This document shows, in pieces, positions 19,096 to 30,425 of a stretch of 64,000 bases of DNA; within the stretch, counting starts at the first letter, position 1, and each line of letters begins with the position of its first letter. The stretch is from Clostridia bacterium (GTDB lineage: Bacteria; Bacillota; Clostridia; Christensenellales; UBA1242). The stretch is taken from positions 2,436 to 66,435 of the forward strand of contig CAADYP010000016.1 of NCBI GenBank assembly GCA_900753315.1, in the 5' to 3' direction. The translations under genes and the position numbers were made by a program. A model generated the notes under the pieces. It did no database searches. It was not told the DNA's origin and saw only the letters and a program-made list of their open reading frames with translations.

Positions 19096-19635
19096 TTATA
19101 ATTCTTCAACAATGATGTTGTCGTTTGTAAATACGCAAATTTCGCTGGCAATTTTGAGTGCCTTATAAGCAATGTCTTTTGCAGACAAATCAGTGTTTTG
19201 AACCAAAGCCTTAGCTGCAGCAAGTGCATAATTTCCACCTGAACCGATTGCACAAACATCATCTTGAGGTTCGATAACATCACCTGTTCCGTCCAAAATC
19301 AAAATTTGTTTTTTGTCTGCAACAATCATCATAGCTTCAAGTTGTCTTCCTGCTTTTCCTTCTCTCCAAGTTTGAGCGAGTTCGACAGCACTTCTCATCA
19401 AATTCCCTGCAAATTTGTTGAGCATAGCTTCAAATTTTTCACTCAAAGAAAAAGCATCGGCAACAGTGCCTGCAAACCCAATTACAACATTGTTGTTGTA
19501 AATTCTTCTAACTTTTTTTGCATTGTTTTTGAAAATAATGCTGTTTTGCATTGTAACTTGTCCATCGCCTGCGACACAAATTTTCCCGTCTCTTTTAACA
19601 GCGCAGATAGTTGTGCCTTTAAAAATATTTTCCAT
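19096..19635 (-). CDS. hslV: ATP-dependent protease subunit HslV
   Basis: '[23 protein letters not shown]' carries the N-terminal Thr protease signature. The start is set at 'MENIF' after SD 'ggagag'. Confidence 0.9.
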   Translation of the reverse strand: MENIFKGTTICAVKRDGKICVAGDGQVTMQNSIIFKNNAKKVRRIYNNNVVIGFAGTVADAFSLSEKFEAMLNKFAGNLMRSAVELAQTWREGKAGRQLEAMMIVADKKQILILDGTGDVIEPQDDVCAIGSGGNYALAAAKALVQNTDLSAKDIAYKALKIASEICVFTNDNIIVEEL

Positions 19636-20911
19636 AAAATCTCTCCTTAAATTTTTCAACTTGTGATTTTGTCAAAATTTTTTGAACCTCAACTTGTTTC
19701 CTAAAATTTTGCAAATCAATATCTACATTATTGATTATATCATATTTTAAATTGAATAACCTAAAATTTACAACACTTTTTTTTAGTAAGTTGTTTAATA
19801 TTTGTTCGATACAAGTGTTTTTCTGTAAAAGTTCAGAGCCTCGCACCCCTTTCAACTCACAAATAACGCTGTAAGCACAATAATTTGCCATCAACAAACT
19901 TTCAAAACTTCCGCCAGTGCCAAGCAACCCACCACAAATATAAATATTTTCGTGACCATCAATTTGCAAACTTTCATTCAAGCATGCTGGTGCAAGCAAA
20001 TATGTGTTTCTTTTAACTCGACTAAACCTAACAACTTTGGCATTTTTCAAGACATCAATTTGACTTATGACTTTCTCTTGGTCATCATTGTCAAAAGCAG
20101 AGAAAAAGTCATCTATAAGAAAAACATTCTCACTTTCATTGTAAGTCATTTTTAAACTTGCATAAGGTCTCAAATTTCTCTCAATATCAATTTTTTCGTC
20201 AAAATAAGGTCTTAAAATACTGTTTCTAAGCCCACTTTGACCACGCCCTGACAAACTCTCGATTGTGATTTGTTTCTCCTGTTCAAGCGCTTGTAGTTTG
20301 TTATAGTTTTTGTCCAGATCAACTATTGTTTGATATAAATTGTCATATTCTTGTTTTGACAAATTTGCATAACATAAACTTTTGGTTACAAAATTCAATT
20401 TCTCTCTATCAATTCCATTCGCATCAATCACCATTTTTACAGGCTGAAAATAACACAGTCGCATCTTGCCAATATATTTTTCAAGTTCGTTCAAAAGTGG
20501 TTTTGTTGTGTTATGGCCTGTCGCAATTATTGTCGTTTCGTTTTCTGTCAAAGTGTCAATTGATGCATCAAACAAACTGATATGGATATGCTCTTTGAGC
20601 AATTGTCGAACTTTATGCATAAATGTCTCGTCATATTCAAATCCAAAATTTTTAAAATCATATCTTTTGGCAATAGAAAAAAGTGGACTGTGCAAACAAT
20701 CCAACTCAAAAAGCATATTCTCCGTTAGATAAGTTTCATATTTGTCATAATAATCAAACTTATCTTTCGGCACATATAGTTCGTTATCAAAAATATGAAC
20801 ATCAAAACCATTGTTGGCAAGAATAAACGCAATTTCTGCTCCTGCCAACCCACACCCAACAATTTTAATTGGTTTTTTGGAGAATTTTGGTGTTACATTT
20901 TCAATACTCAA
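19619..20911 (-). CDS. divergent TrmFO/Gid-like FAD-dependent tRNA methyltransferase
   Basis: FAD-binding '[15 protein letters not shown]', 'FELDCLHSP' (compare ELVCSNS) and a C-terminal '[14 protein letters not shown]...[17 protein letters not shown]'. It occupies the topA-trmFO-hslVU synteny slot. The middle of the protein is strongly diverged. Confidence 0.55.
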   Translation of the reverse strand: MSIENVTPKFSKKPIKIVGCGLAGAEIAFILANNGFDVHIFDNELYVPKDKFDYYDKYETYLTENMLFELDCLHSPLFSIAKRYDFKNFGFEYDETFMHKVRQLLKEHIHISLFDASIDTLTENETTIIATGHNTTKPLLNELEKYIGKMRLCYFQPVKMVIDANGIDREKLNFVTKSLCYANLSKQEYDNLYQTIVDLDKNYNKLQALEQEKQITIESLSGRGQSGLRNSILRPYFDEKIDIERNLRPYASLKMTYNESENVFLIDDFFSAFDNDDQEKVISQIDVLKNAKVVRFSRVKRNTYLLAPACLNESLQIDGHENIYICGGLLGTGGSFESLLMANYCAYSVICELKGVRGSELLQKNTCIEQILNNLLKKSVVNFRLFNLKYDIINNVDIDLQNFRKQVEVQKILTKSQVEKFKERFYGKYF

Positions 20912-22974
20912 TTTTCTGACATCACCTCAAAATCGCAAGAAGAACATTTTATCTTCTTCCCACGCTTTATAAGATATTTTCCACAATTTGGACACTTCTC
21001 ACCAGTAGGAATGTCCCAACTCATAAAATGACAGCCATCTTTGTCTTCGCAAGCATAGAAGTTTTTGCCATGTTTTGTCTTGAAAGCAAAAACATTTTTG
21101 CCACATTGTGGGCAAATTCCAACAGGCTTTTTCTCTTCCGTTTCGTAAGGCTTGATATTTCTGCATTTTGGGAAGTTTGAACACCCCAAAAACTTTCCAT
21201 ATCTTCCTTCTCTGATAAGCATTTTATGACCGCACTTTTCACAAACAATATCAGTTTCAATTGGTTGTGATTTCATTGTCAAATTGCTTGCACCTGCCTT
21301 TTCGAGCAAGTCCTTAAAGCCATTCCAAAAACTTTCAACAACATCATGCCAATCGTCTTTGTGTTCGGCAATTTCGTCAAGACGGTTTTCCATGTAAGCA
21401 GTAAATTTTACATTTATGACACCATGGAAAAATTGGTCAAGATATTCAGTGATTTTTCTGCCAAGTTCGGTAGGAACAAGATATTTTCCGTCCTTTGAAC
21501 AATAACTTCTAGCAGTCAAAATTGTGATTGTTGCGGCATATGTGGCAGGCCTTCCAATTCCTTTTTCTTCCATAGCCTTAACCAAACTTGCTTCAGTATA
21601 ACGTGCTGGTGGCTTTGTGAATTTTTGTTCTTCCTTAATACCCAAAACTTTGACAATTTCGCCTTCAGTAAGTTGTGGCAATTTGCTTGTATCTTTGTCT
21701 TGTTTGTCATCTTCGACATATTCTTTGTAAACAGCAGTAAATCCTGCAAATTCCAAAGTTTTGCCTGATGCTTTGAATGTATAATCGCCCGCATTGATTG
21801 AAACATTTACATTTGAATATTCTGCTTCACTCATTTGGCTGGCAATAAATCTTTCATAAATTAGCTTATAAAGTCTATAGTTGTCCTTTGTCAACGAGTC
21901 TTTTACCATTTCTGGCGTAACTTGCATTGAAATAGGTCTAATGGCTTCATGCGCATCTTGTGCATTCTTCTTTGTTGCATAAATGTTTGGTTTTTCAGGA
22001 ATGAAATCTTTTCCATATTTTTCAACAACAAAATCACGGCACGCCTTTTGTGCTTCAACAGACACTCTTGTAGAGTCCGTTCTGATATAAGTAATCAAAG
22101 CGATTTTGCCTTCGCCCTTAACTTCGACACCTTCATACAACTCTTGTGCAGAAGATGTTGTTCTTTTCAAACTCATGCCAAGTTTGTTTAAAGCGTCTTG
22201 TTGCATTGTGCTTGTTGTAAATGGTGCTGGTGCATGAGACTTTGTCTTTGTCTTTTTGATTGTATCAACAACAAAATCTTTCCCATTTATTTCGCCCAAA
22301 ACTTTATCAACTTGCTCTTTGTTTGAAATTTTGATTTTTTTGTTTTTATAAGATGTCAAATTTGACTTAAATTTGATACTACCTTTTTCATGTTCAGCAG
22401 AAACATTCCAATATTCTTCTGGTTTGAAGTTTTCAATCTCTTTCTCTCTGTCAACAACAAGTTTCAAAGCGACAGATTGAACTCTTCCTGCAGACAATTT
22501 TGGTGCTATTTTCTTTGACAAAATTGGTGAAAGTTTATATCCCACAATTCTGTCCATAACTCTTCTTGCTTGTTGAGCATTTACCAAGTTAAGGTCAATC
22601 GCTCTTGGTTGAGTCAATGCTTTTAAAACTGCATTTTTTGAAATTTCATTAAACTGAATACGGCATTTTGTGTGTGGGTCAAGCCCCAAAACATGAGCAA
22701 CATGCCATGAAATCGCTTCTCCTTCTCTATCCGGGTCGGTTGCAATCAAGACTTCATCTGCACTCTCTGCTTTCTTTTTAAGGTCAGCAATGAGTTGTTT
22801 CTTGTCTGGATTGTTTTCATAGTGTGGCTCAAAATTGTTGTTAATGTCAATAGCAAATGATTTTGCAGGCAAGTCTCTTATGTGTCCCTTTGTGGCAAAC
22901 ACTTCATATCCATTGCCCAAATATTTTTTTAATGTGTCCCTTTTTGCTGGGGCTTCTATAACGACAAGTTTCAA
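20908..22974 (-). CDS. topA: DNA topoisomerase I
   Basis: Toprim N-terminus 'KLVVIEAPAKRDTLKKYLG', 'ITYIRTDS' and C-terminal CxxC zinc ribbons. Confidence 0.95.
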   Translation of the reverse strand: MKLVVIEAPAKRDTLKKYLGNGYEVFATKGHIRDLPAKSFAIDINNNFEPHYENNPDKKQLIADLKKKAESADEVLIATDPDREGEAISWHVAHVLGLDPHTKCRIQFNEISKNAVLKALTQPRAIDLNLVNAQQARRVMDRIVGYKLSPILSKKIAPKLSAGRVQSVALKLVVDREKEIENFKPEEYWNVSAEHEKGSIKFKSNLTSYKNKKIKISNKEQVDKVLGEINGKDFVVDTIKKTKTKSHAPAPFTTSTMQQDALNKLGMSLKRTTSSAQELYEGVEVKGEGKIALITYIRTDSTRVSVEAQKACRDFVVEKYGKDFIPEKPNIYATKKNAQDAHEAIRPISMQVTPEMVKDSLTKDNYRLYKLIYERFIASQMSEAEYSNVNVSINAGDYTFKASGKTLEFAGFTAVYKEYVEDDKQDKDTSKLPQLTEGEIVKVLGIKEEQKFTKPPARYTEASLVKAMEEKGIGRPATYAATITILTARSYCSKDGKYLVPTELGRKITEYLDQFFHGVINVKFTAYMENRLDEIAEHKDDWHDVVESFWNGFKDLLEKAGASNLTMKSQPIETDIVCEKCGHKMLIREGRYGKFLGCSNFPKCRNIKPYETEEKKPVGICPQCGKNVFAFKTKHGKNFYACEDKDGCHFMSWDIPTGEKCPNCGKYLIKRGKKIKCSSCDFEVMSEN

Positions 22975-23039
22975 ATCAAACTCCTTTCTTCGTTTTAGTC
23001 GTTGCTTTAAAAATCAAGCACAAAAGTTTTCAACATCCT

Positions 23040-24122
23040 TTATTTGCCAATCAAGGAATAACAATGTGCTGGCAACCTTCTTATTAAACCACGAATTTCC
23101 AAAGTTGTCAAACAACTATTCAAAATATTAACAGAAATTTTTGATTTCTCTGCCAAATAATCAAAATCTTTTTCTCCATCAGCAAGTAAATCAACGATTT
23201 TCTTTTCGTCAAAATTTAGAGAAACAAAGGCATTTACTTTCGCCTGTTTCTGCAAACCATAGTATTCAATGATGTCATCAGCAGACAAAACGCATTCCGC
23301 TTGACCTGCTTTGATTATGGTGTTTGTAAGTTCACTCTTTGGATTTGTGACATTGCCAGGAACAGCAAAAATATCTTTACCATATTCCATGGCATATTCT
23401 TTTGTGTGAATTGTTCCACTTTTCAGTCCTGCTTCAACAATCAACACACCATCAGAAAGTCCTGCAATAATTCTGTTTCTCAAAGGAAAGGTGTATCTCT
23501 TTGGTCTGAAAGATGGTGGGTATTCCGAAAGCAAAAGACCATCTCTTGCGATTTCTTTTGAAAGTTCGGTATTTGTTGACGGATAAATGTTATTAAAACC
23601 ACTTCCAACAACAGCAATAGTCTTTCCGCCGACTTGCAATGTCTTTTTGTGTGCAATTTCATCAACTCCATAACAAAGCCCGCTGACAATCACAAGTCCG
23701 CTTCTTGCCAATTTCTCAACAAAATTTTCTGTAACAATTTTTCCATAGTTTGTTGGCATTCTAGTTCCGACAACACCAAGTCCCTTCTTTTTCAAAAGCC
23801 CAAGGTCACCTTTTGCATACAAAATAAGCGGTCTATCTTCCAAATCTATCAATTTTTCTGGATAATCTTTAGAGAAAATAGTCAAAATTTTTATTTCTGA
23901 CTTTTCCATATTTTCTATTGCACTGTCAAGCGCTCTTTCATCAAAATTTTCTACCAATTTGTGATATTCTTCTTGTGAAAGCAAATTTGTCGCCTTTGGA
24001 TTTTTCAAAAAGTTGCTTATTGAAAAATCTTCAATCACATTTAAAACTGCTTCTTGCTTTTTGTTTGGTATTTCATTAAATGAGAAGAACACCAAAAGTT
24101 TTTCTTTGTTTTCCAAATTCAA
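23040..24122 (-). CDS. dprA: DNA-processing protein DprA
   Basis: 'LGVVGTRMPTNYG', 'VSGLCYGVDEIAHK' and 'GTIHTKEYAMEYGKDIFAVPG'. Confidence 0.9.
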   Translation of the reverse strand: MNLENKEKLLVFFSFNEIPNKKQEAVLNVIEDFSISNFLKNPKATNLLSQEEYHKLVENFDERALDSAIENMEKSEIKILTIFSKDYPEKLIDLEDRPLILYAKGDLGLLKKKGLGVVGTRMPTNYGKIVTENFVEKLARSGLVIVSGLCYGVDEIAHKKTLQVGGKTIAVVGSGFNNIYPSTNTELSKEIARDGLLLSEYPPSFRPKRYTFPLRNRIIAGLSDGVLIVEAGLKSGTIHTKEYAMEYGKDIFAVPGNVTNPKSELTNTIIKAGQAECVLSADDIIEYYGLQKQAKVNAFVSLNFDEKKIVDLLADGEKDFDYLAEKSKISVNILNSCLTTLEIRGLIRRLPAHCYSLIGK

Positions 24123-24138
24123 ATCATTCTCCTAAAAA

Positions 24139-25680
24139 CTAAATTGACCAATATTTTCTATCAAGCCCACGATATGAAATTGCTTCTGCTATATGTTGTG
24201 GTTTTATTTCTTTTTCTCCGTCCAAATCAGCAATAGTTCTTGCCACTTTAAGGATTCTGTCATGTGCTCTTGCGCTCAATTTCAAGGTGTTAAATGCACT
24301 TTCCATAAGGTCTTGGCACTCTTGTGAAAGGTGACAAAATTTCTTTGTTTGTGGCACAGTCATTTTTGCATTAGAAAAATTTTTTGCACCTTTAAATCTT
24401 TCAAGTTGAATTTCTCTTGCTTTATCAACCCTTTGTTTTATGCTTGCTGAACACTCTTCTTTGTGAGCATCATTGAGTTCGCTGTATGTAATACTGTCAA
24501 CTTCAACTTGAATGTCAATTCTGTCCATAATCGGCCCAGAAATTTTTGATAAATATTTGTGAATCTGTGCAGGTGAGCATTTACATTCTTTGTCTTTTGA
24601 ACCATAGTTTCCGCAAGGACATGGATTCATGCTTGCAATAAGCATAAAATTTGATGGATATGTTATTGTTTGATTTGCCCTTGCAATTGTGATTGTCCCA
24701 TCTTCCAATGGTTGTCGCAATGTTTCAATCAAATGACGAGAATACTCTGGAAATTCGTCCAAATAAAGCACTCCATTGTGTGCCAAACTTATTTCACCAG
24801 GTTTGCTGTGATTTCCGCCACCTGTCAAACTCACTGTTGACGCTGTATGATGTGGAGTTCTAAATGGTCGTTCTGTGATAATACCCTTTTTCAAATCGAG
24901 TTCGCCTGCAATAGAGTGAATTTTTGTAACTTCCAAAGCCTCTTCAAATGTCAAATCTGGCAAAATTCCAGAAAAACATTTTGCAAGCATACTTTTTCCA
25001 CTTCCTGGTGGTCCTATCATCAAAACGTTATGACCGCCGGCAGCAGCAATTTCCAATGCTCTTTTTGCTACAGCCTGCCCCTTAACATTTTCAAAATCAA
25101 GTTTATTTATGTTTTGTCTTGCCACTTCTTCAAAAGTTTTTGTTTTAACCTTTTCAACAGGAGTTTGGTTCTCTCCATTCAAAAATTCTACAACCTCTCT
25201 CAAATTTGAAAAAGTGTAAATCTCCATTTCGTCAATAAATTTTGCTTCTTCTTCGTTTTCTTTTGGAATAATAAATTTTTTATATCCCAAAGTTCTGGCA
25301 CTTATTAAAATAGGTAAAACTCCCCGTACTTTTTTGATAGAACCATCAAGTGAAAGTTCTCCAACGAAAACAAAATCCTTATAAGTTTTTAGTCTAATTT
25401 GTTCTGATGCTGCCAAAATGCCAACAGCAATGCCTAAATCATAAATTGGACCTTCTTTTTTGATGTCTGCTGGTGCAAGATTGATTGTATAATGTTTGAT
25501 TGGATATTCAAACCCAGAATTTCTTATTGCAGATTTAACTCTCTCTTTTGCTTCCTTTACTGCTGTATCACCCAGCCCAACAATTTCAAAGTGCGGAACA
25601 CCGCCCACAATATCTGTTTCAATTTGCGTTAAAAACCCATCAATTCCATTAAGTCCAAAACTGTAAACTTTCGACAACAT
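24139..25680 (-). CDS. comM: YifB/ComM-family Mg-chelatase-like ATPase
   Basis: Lon-like N-terminus, Walker A 'GPPGSGKSMLA', 'GVLYLDEFPE' and 'LSARAHDRILKVARTIADL'. Confidence 0.9.
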   Translation of the reverse strand: MLSKVYSFGLNGIDGFLTQIETDIVGGVPHFEIVGLGDTAVKEAKERVKSAIRNSGFEYPIKHYTINLAPADIKKEGPIYDLGIAVGILAASEQIRLKTYKDFVFVGELSLDGSIKKVRGVLPILISARTLGYKKFIIPKENEEEAKFIDEMEIYTFSNLREVVEFLNGENQTPVEKVKTKTFEEVARQNINKLDFENVKGQAVAKRALEIAAAGGHNVLMIGPPGSGKSMLAKCFSGILPDLTFEEALEVTKIHSIAGELDLKKGIITERPFRTPHHTASTVSLTGGGNHSKPGEISLAHNGVLYLDEFPEYSRHLIETLRQPLEDGTITIARANQTITYPSNFMLIASMNPCPCGNYGSKDKECKCSPAQIHKYLSKISGPIMDRIDIQVEVDSITYSELNDAHKEECSASIKQRVDKAREIQLERFKGAKNFSNAKMTVPQTKKFCHLSQECQDLMESAFNTLKLSARAHDRILKVARTIADLDGEKEIKPQHIAEAISYRGLDRKYWSI

Positions 25681-25811
25681 AAATCACCTCTGCCAACTTT
25701 GATTTTAGTATAACAAATCTTTGCAAACAATCAAAACGATTTTGATTGACAAATAAAATTCGACAAAAAATATCACACATCAGCACATTATTTTTCACTT
25801 TTCAAACATAA

Positions 25812-25840
25812 GAAAAAACACGGAAAATTGTCCGTGTCTT
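25812..25840 (-). terminator. intrinsic terminator after the 123-aa membrane protein gene
   Basis: Stem acacgg / ccgtgt, with an A-run on the plus strand that reads as a T-run on the minus strand. Confidence 0.6.
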
Positions 25841-25893
25841 TATCAATTGTTATGAGATATTTTGGTTTGTCAAAAACCTTTTATTTGATTTTG

Positions 25894-26265
25894 TTATTTA
25901 TAAAAAATCATTCCAAGCAAGAAAGCAACTGCACATGCCAAACAAAAAGCGATCATGCACCATTTTGTTGTTTTGTCTTTCAAAACTTTTTTAGAAAACT
26001 CTTTTTTGTATTCTGGTAAGTGTTCATCAAAATATTGTGTCGTGATTTGATATTTATTTATCGTTTCAACCCTGAAAATCTCAAAACGCTCTTCAAGTTC
26101 TTTCTTAAAGTCTGTGAAATACTTATAAATAAGCCACACAAACCAAAACAAAGACAGCAACAACATGGTTGCAAGCACGAAATATGCAAAGCCTGCCCAT
26201 GCTTTTACCAAAAGTGCAAACACCCCTGCCAAAACGATAGAAACAATAGAAATAATATAAGCCAT
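25894..26265 (-). CDS. hypothetical membrane protein (2 N-terminal TM segments, a charged loop, 1 C-terminal TM segment)
   Basis: Hydrophobic segments seen by eye. No family recognised. Confidence 0.5.
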   Translation of the reverse strand: MAYIISIVSIVLAGVFALLVKAWAGFAYFVLATMLLLSLFWFVWLIYKYFTDFKKELEERFEIFRVETINKYQITTQYFDEHLPEYKKEFSKKVLKDKTTKWCMIAFCLACAVAFLLGMIFYK

Positions 26266-26278
26266 TTTTTCCTCTGTT

Positions 26279-26623
26279 TTATTTTATAACTGCAAAAATA
26301 TAAATAACTACGATGACTACTGTTGCAACAATCCAGCAAATAAGCCACCAGATATTACGCTTGTTCCAGCCAGTATATCTTTTTCTCATTGTCCAATAGA
26401 AACCAAGCCAAATACAGACAATGTAAGCCATGCATTCGCCAATTGATGCAAATGCACTTGCAACTTGTGGAGAATTCTCCTTAAATGCAAGTCTAAAAAT
26501 CAATGCAACTGCAATGCACATAATTGCAAAATATGCCACGCAGTCCAAGATTTTTGTTGAAGACCATGTTCTTGGTTCTCTTTTCTTTTTTGTTTTTCTC
26601 TCTTCTTTTTTTTGTTCAGCCAT
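26279..26623 (-). CDS. hypothetical membrane protein with a very basic N-terminus and 3 TM segments
   Basis: 'MAEQKKEERKTKKKREPR' followed by three hydrophobic, Trp/Cys-rich helices. No family recognised. Confidence 0.5.
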   Translation of the reverse strand: MAEQKKEERKTKKKREPRTWSSTKILDCVAYFAIMCIAVALIFRLAFKENSPQVASAFASIGECMAYIVCIWLGFYWTMRKRYTGWNKRNIWWLICWIVATVVIVVIYIFAVIK

Positions 26624-26662
26624 TTTAATCTCCTTTATATCATTTTTATATTAAAATTTACA

Positions 26663-28252
26663 TTATTTAGCAACTTCAGTAAATCTGCTTTCTCTAATAA
26701 CATTTACTTTAATTTGTCCAGGATATTGCATTTCATTTTCAATCTTTGCAGCGATATCCTTTGCCATAAACATTGCTTCACTGTCAGAAATCTGTTCTGG
26801 CTTGACGATGATTCTTACTTCTCTTCCTGCTTGAACAGCAAAAGATTTTTCAACGCCCTTAAATCCATTTGCAATCTCTTCGAGTTGTTGAAGTCTCTTG
26901 ATATAATTTTCAAAACTATCTCTTCTTGCACCTGGTCTAGAACTTGAAATTGCATCTGCAACTTGAACAATCACTGCTTCAATAGTCTTAAATTCAACAT
27001 TGAAATGGTGTGCTTCAATACAGTGAACAACCGCTTCATTTTCGCCATATTTTCTTGCAAGTTCGACACCAATTTGAACGTGTGTTCCTTCGAGTTCGTG
27101 GTCAAGAGCCTTTCCAATATCATGCAAAAGTCCACCACGTTTTGCAATCTTTACATTTGCTCCCATCTCACTGGCAAGAAGTCCAGCAATAATAGATGTT
27201 TCGATAGAATGTTTCAAAACGTTTTGACCATAACTTGTTCTATATTTCAAGCGTCCCAAAACCTTAACAAGTTCTGGATTCAAGTTGAAAATGCCAGTTT
27301 CGTTGCAAGCTTCGTCACCCGCTTGCTTTATCATTTTGTCAACTTCTTTTTGCATCTTTTCAACAATTTCTTCAATTCTTGTAGGATGAATTCTCCCATC
27401 AGAAATAAGTTTTTCCAAAGAAAGTCTTGCCACTTCTCTTCTGATTGGGTCAAATCCAGAAATTGTAATTGTTTCTGGTGTGTCGTCAACAATAAGTTCT
27501 ACCCCAGTAACTGCTTCAATTGCTCTTATGTTTCTACCTTCACGACCAATAATTCTTCCTTTCATTTCGTCATTTGGAAGAGATACGACAGAAACCGTCA
27601 TTTCACTGGTTGTGTCAGTTGCACATCTTTGAAGTGCTTGTCCAATAATCCAACGAGCCTTGTTTTCTCCCTCTTCTTTGGCTTCATCTTCAATTTGTTT
27701 TACAATGACAGCAGCTTCTTTTTGTGCATCGTTTTTCATGTTTGCAACAAGCATGTCTTTTGCTTCTTGTTTTGAAAATTTTGAAACTCTTTCCAATTCT
27801 TCCAAAATTTGAGCCTTCAAATTTTCATGTTCTTGCTTTTGCTTTTCCAAGTTTTCTTTGAGTTCTACAACGCCTTTCTTTTCTTCATCAAGTTGTTCGC
27901 TCTTCTTGTCAATAGCAAGTTCTTTTTTTTCAATGTATTCTTCTCTTTGATTCAAACGTTCTTCAAGTTTAACTGCTTCCAAACGTCTTTCTTTTACTTC
28001 TTGTTCAACTTCATCTTTGAGTTTTTGAGCATTTTCTTTGCTCTCAATGATTGCTTCTTTCTTTATAGTCTTTGCTTCTGCATACGCATCTTCAATAATC
28101 TTGATAGCATTAGATTTGTTTTTTTCAATTTTTTTGTTGCTATAAATTTTATATACTAAAAGTCCCACGATTGCACCAACAAGCAGGCACAAAATACCTG
28201 AAACCAAGCCCGATACGAGTGCAGGAGAAACACTTAACAATAAATCTTTCAT
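26663..28252 (-). CDS. rny: ribonuclease Y
   Basis: N-terminal TM segment, coiled coil, KH domain ('GRIIGREGRNIRA') and HD domain ('LLHDIGKA'). The start is set at 'MKDLLLSV' after SD 'aaggggag'. Confidence 0.9.
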   Translation of the reverse strand: MKDLLLSVSPALVSGLVSGILCLLVGAIVGLLVYKIYSNKKIEKNKSNAIKIIEDAYAEAKTIKKEAIIESKENAQKLKDEVEQEVKERRLEAVKLEERLNQREEYIEKKELAIDKKSEQLDEEKKGVVELKENLEKQKQEHENLKAQILEELERVSKFSKQEAKDMLVANMKNDAQKEAAVIVKQIEDEAKEEGENKARWIIGQALQRCATDTTSEMTVSVVSLPNDEMKGRIIGREGRNIRAIEAVTGVELIVDDTPETITISGFDPIRREVARLSLEKLISDGRIHPTRIEEIVEKMQKEVDKMIKQAGDEACNETGIFNLNPELVKVLGRLKYRTSYGQNVLKHSIETSIIAGLLASEMGANVKIAKRGGLLHDIGKALDHELEGTHVQIGVELARKYGENEAVVHCIEAHHFNVEFKTIEAVIVQVADAISSSRPGARRDSFENYIKRLQQLEEIANGFKGVEKSFAVQAGREVRIIVKPEQISDSEAMFMAKDIAAKIENEMQYPGQIKVNVIRESRFTEVAK

Positions 28253-28490
28253 AGTTTTCTCCCCTTTTAAGTGTTGCCAATTCGACGAAAAAATAAAAGG
28301 CAAACCACTTACATTATGAGTTTACCTTTTTTCAACTTCTTTGTCAAATAATTTTATTATTTTTTATGTTAATGATAAATATTCTTTATATAATTAACGA
28401 GTAACGAAATGCAACAGCATCACGACCGTTCTTGATTTGTCTTCATTTAAAGATTCAAAAACAAACAAGCAAATCACACATCAACAAAGA

Positions 28491-29780
28491 CTAAACCGCT
28501 TCTTGTGCATCTTTCTCTTTTTTGATAAGCATTGGTTGCCCGCCATTTTCAATAAAATCACGAGTAATGATTATTTTGCTATAAACTGCAGGGTCTGGCA
28601 AGTCAAACATAAGTTCAAGCATTTTTGTCTCCATGATTGTTCTTATGCCTCTCGCCCCTGTTTTAAGTTCAATTGCTTTCTTTGCAATATATGCAATAGC
28701 ATCATCGTCAAAATCAATATCAAATCCGTCAATCTTGAACATTTGTTTGTATTGTTTAATGAGAGAATTTTTAGGTTCAACCAAAATCCTTTGAAGTGCT
28801 TTGTCATCAAGGTCATCAAGCCCTGTAATTATTGGCAATCTTCCAACAAATTCAGGAATAAGTCCAAATTTGATTAAATCATCTGGTTGGACATCTTTTG
28901 AATAATCAATCTTTGCCTTTTCGCTTGAATTTTTGATGTTTGCATTAAAACCAATCGCTGTTGAAGAACGGCGTTTGTTTATAATATCGTCCAGTCCAAC
29001 AAATGCACCACCACAAATAAACAAAATATTTGTTGTGTCGATTTGAATCATTTCTTGTTGTGGGTGTTTTCTTCCGCCTTGTGGAGGAACACTCGCAATC
29101 GTGCTTTCAATGATTTTCAAGAGTGCTTGTTGAACTCCTTCTCCACCGACATCACGAGTGAGAGAACGATTTTCACTCTTTCTTGCAAGTTTGTCAATTT
29201 CGTCAATATAAATAATGCCCCTTTGTGCCTTTTCAATATCAAAATCGGCATTTTGAATAAGTTTCAAAAGCACATTTTCGACATCTTCACCGACATATCC
29301 TGCTTCTGTCAATGTTGTTGCATCAGCACAAGCAAATGGAACATCCAAAATTTTCGCCAAAGTTCTTACAAGCAAAGTTTTTCCAGAACCAGTAGGTCCA
29401 ATCATCAAAACATTGCTCTTTTCAAGTTCAACAAGGTTTTGTGCCGCTGTACCTTGTTTGTTTGCAGCTGCCTTGTTGTGTTCGTTGTAGTTTATTCTCT
29501 TATAATGATTGAAGACCGCAACTGACAAAACTTTTTTTGCCTGTTCTTGCCCGATAACATAGTTGTCAAGGCTTTTCTTGATTTCTTTTGGAGATGGCAA
29601 AACCAAATCCTTAAAAATTCTTACTTTTTTGTCTTCTTCTTTTATTATGTCCGCACAAATTTTGATGCAATCATCACAAATAAAAGCATCACCATTTGGA
29701 CTGGCAATAAGTTTTTTTGCCGCTTTCTGTGGTCTTCCACAAAAAGTGCAAGTGCACATTTCAATATCTTTCATTGACAC
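28491..29780 (-). CDS. clpX: ATP-dependent Clp protease ATP-binding subunit ClpX
   Basis: Zinc ribbon 'CTFCGRPQ...ICDDC', Walker A '[10 protein letters not shown]' and 'IIYIDEIDK'. Confidence 0.95.
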   Translation of the reverse strand: MSMKDIEMCTCTFCGRPQKAAKKLIASPNGDAFICDDCIKICADIIKEEDKKVRIFKDLVLPSPKEIKKSLDNYVIGQEQAKKVLSVAVFNHYKRINYNEHNKAAANKQGTAAQNLVELEKSNVLMIGPTGSGKTLLVRTLAKILDVPFACADATTLTEAGYVGEDVENVLLKLIQNADFDIEKAQRGIIYIDEIDKLARKSENRSLTRDVGGEGVQQALLKIIESTIASVPPQGGRKHPQQEMIQIDTTNILFICGGAFVGLDDIINKRRSSTAIGFNANIKNSSEKAKIDYSKDVQPDDLIKFGLIPEFVGRLPIITGLDDLDDKALQRILVEPKNSLIKQYKQMFKIDGFDIDFDDDAIAYIAKKAIELKTGARGIRTIMETKMLELMFDLPDPAVYSKIIITRDFIENGGQPMLIKKEKDAQEAV

Positions 29781-29783
29781 CCC

Positions 29784-30392
29784 TTATTTTTTGCTATTAT
29801 CTGTATTATTTGCTTTTCTAGTCACAAAAATATTGTCGATTAAACCATATTTTTTTGCTTCTTCTGCAGACATATAGTTGTCTCTGTCTGTGTCTTTTTC
29901 AATTTCTTCCAAACTTCTGCCAGTGTTTTCACTCAAAATTTTGTTGAGCATATTTTTTGTCTTTTTCATGTGTTTTGCTTGGATTTCAATATCACTAGCC
30001 TGACCTTGTGTTCCACCCAAGGGTTGATGAATCATAATTTCACTGTTAGGCAAAGCAAAGCGCTTACCTTTTGTTCCGCTTGAAAGCAAAAATGCCCCCA
30101 TAGAAGCAGCAAGCCCAACACAAATCGTTGAAACATCGCACTTAATATAGTTCATTGTGTCATAGATAGCAATCCCGGCACTTACGGAACCGCCAGGACT
30201 GTTGATATAGAGAAAGATATCCTTATCAGGATTCTTGCCTTCCAAATAAATCAACTGTGCAATTACAACATTTGCAGTTGCATCATTGATTTCTCCTGTC
30301 AAAAAGATAATTCTATCCTCCAAAAGTCGAGAATAAATATCATAAGACCTTTCGCTTGCACCAGTTTGGTCAACGACCATAGGAATCAACAT
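29784..30392 (-). CDS. clpP: ATP-dependent Clp protease proteolytic subunit ClpP
   Basis: '[15 protein letters not shown]', '[11 protein letters not shown]' and 'IMIHQPLGG'. Confidence 0.95.
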   Translation of the reverse strand: MLIPMVVDQTGASERSYDIYSRLLEDRIIFLTGEINDATANVVIAQLIYLEGKNPDKDIFLYINSPGGSVSAGIAIYDTMNYIKCDVSTICVGLAASMGAFLLSSGTKGKRFALPNSEIMIHQPLGGTQGQASDIEIQAKHMKKTKNMLNKILSENTGRSLEEIEKDTDRDNYMSAEEAKKYGLIDNIFVTRKANNTDNSKK

Positions 30393-30425
30393 AGTTTTAT
30401 TCCTCCCATTTTGATTTTTTCAAAA

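Noticed and set aside
26963-27775. A 270-aa plus-strand ORF.
   Set aside because: It is antisense to rny, which has clear KH and HD motifs, and shows the same antisense low-complexity composition.
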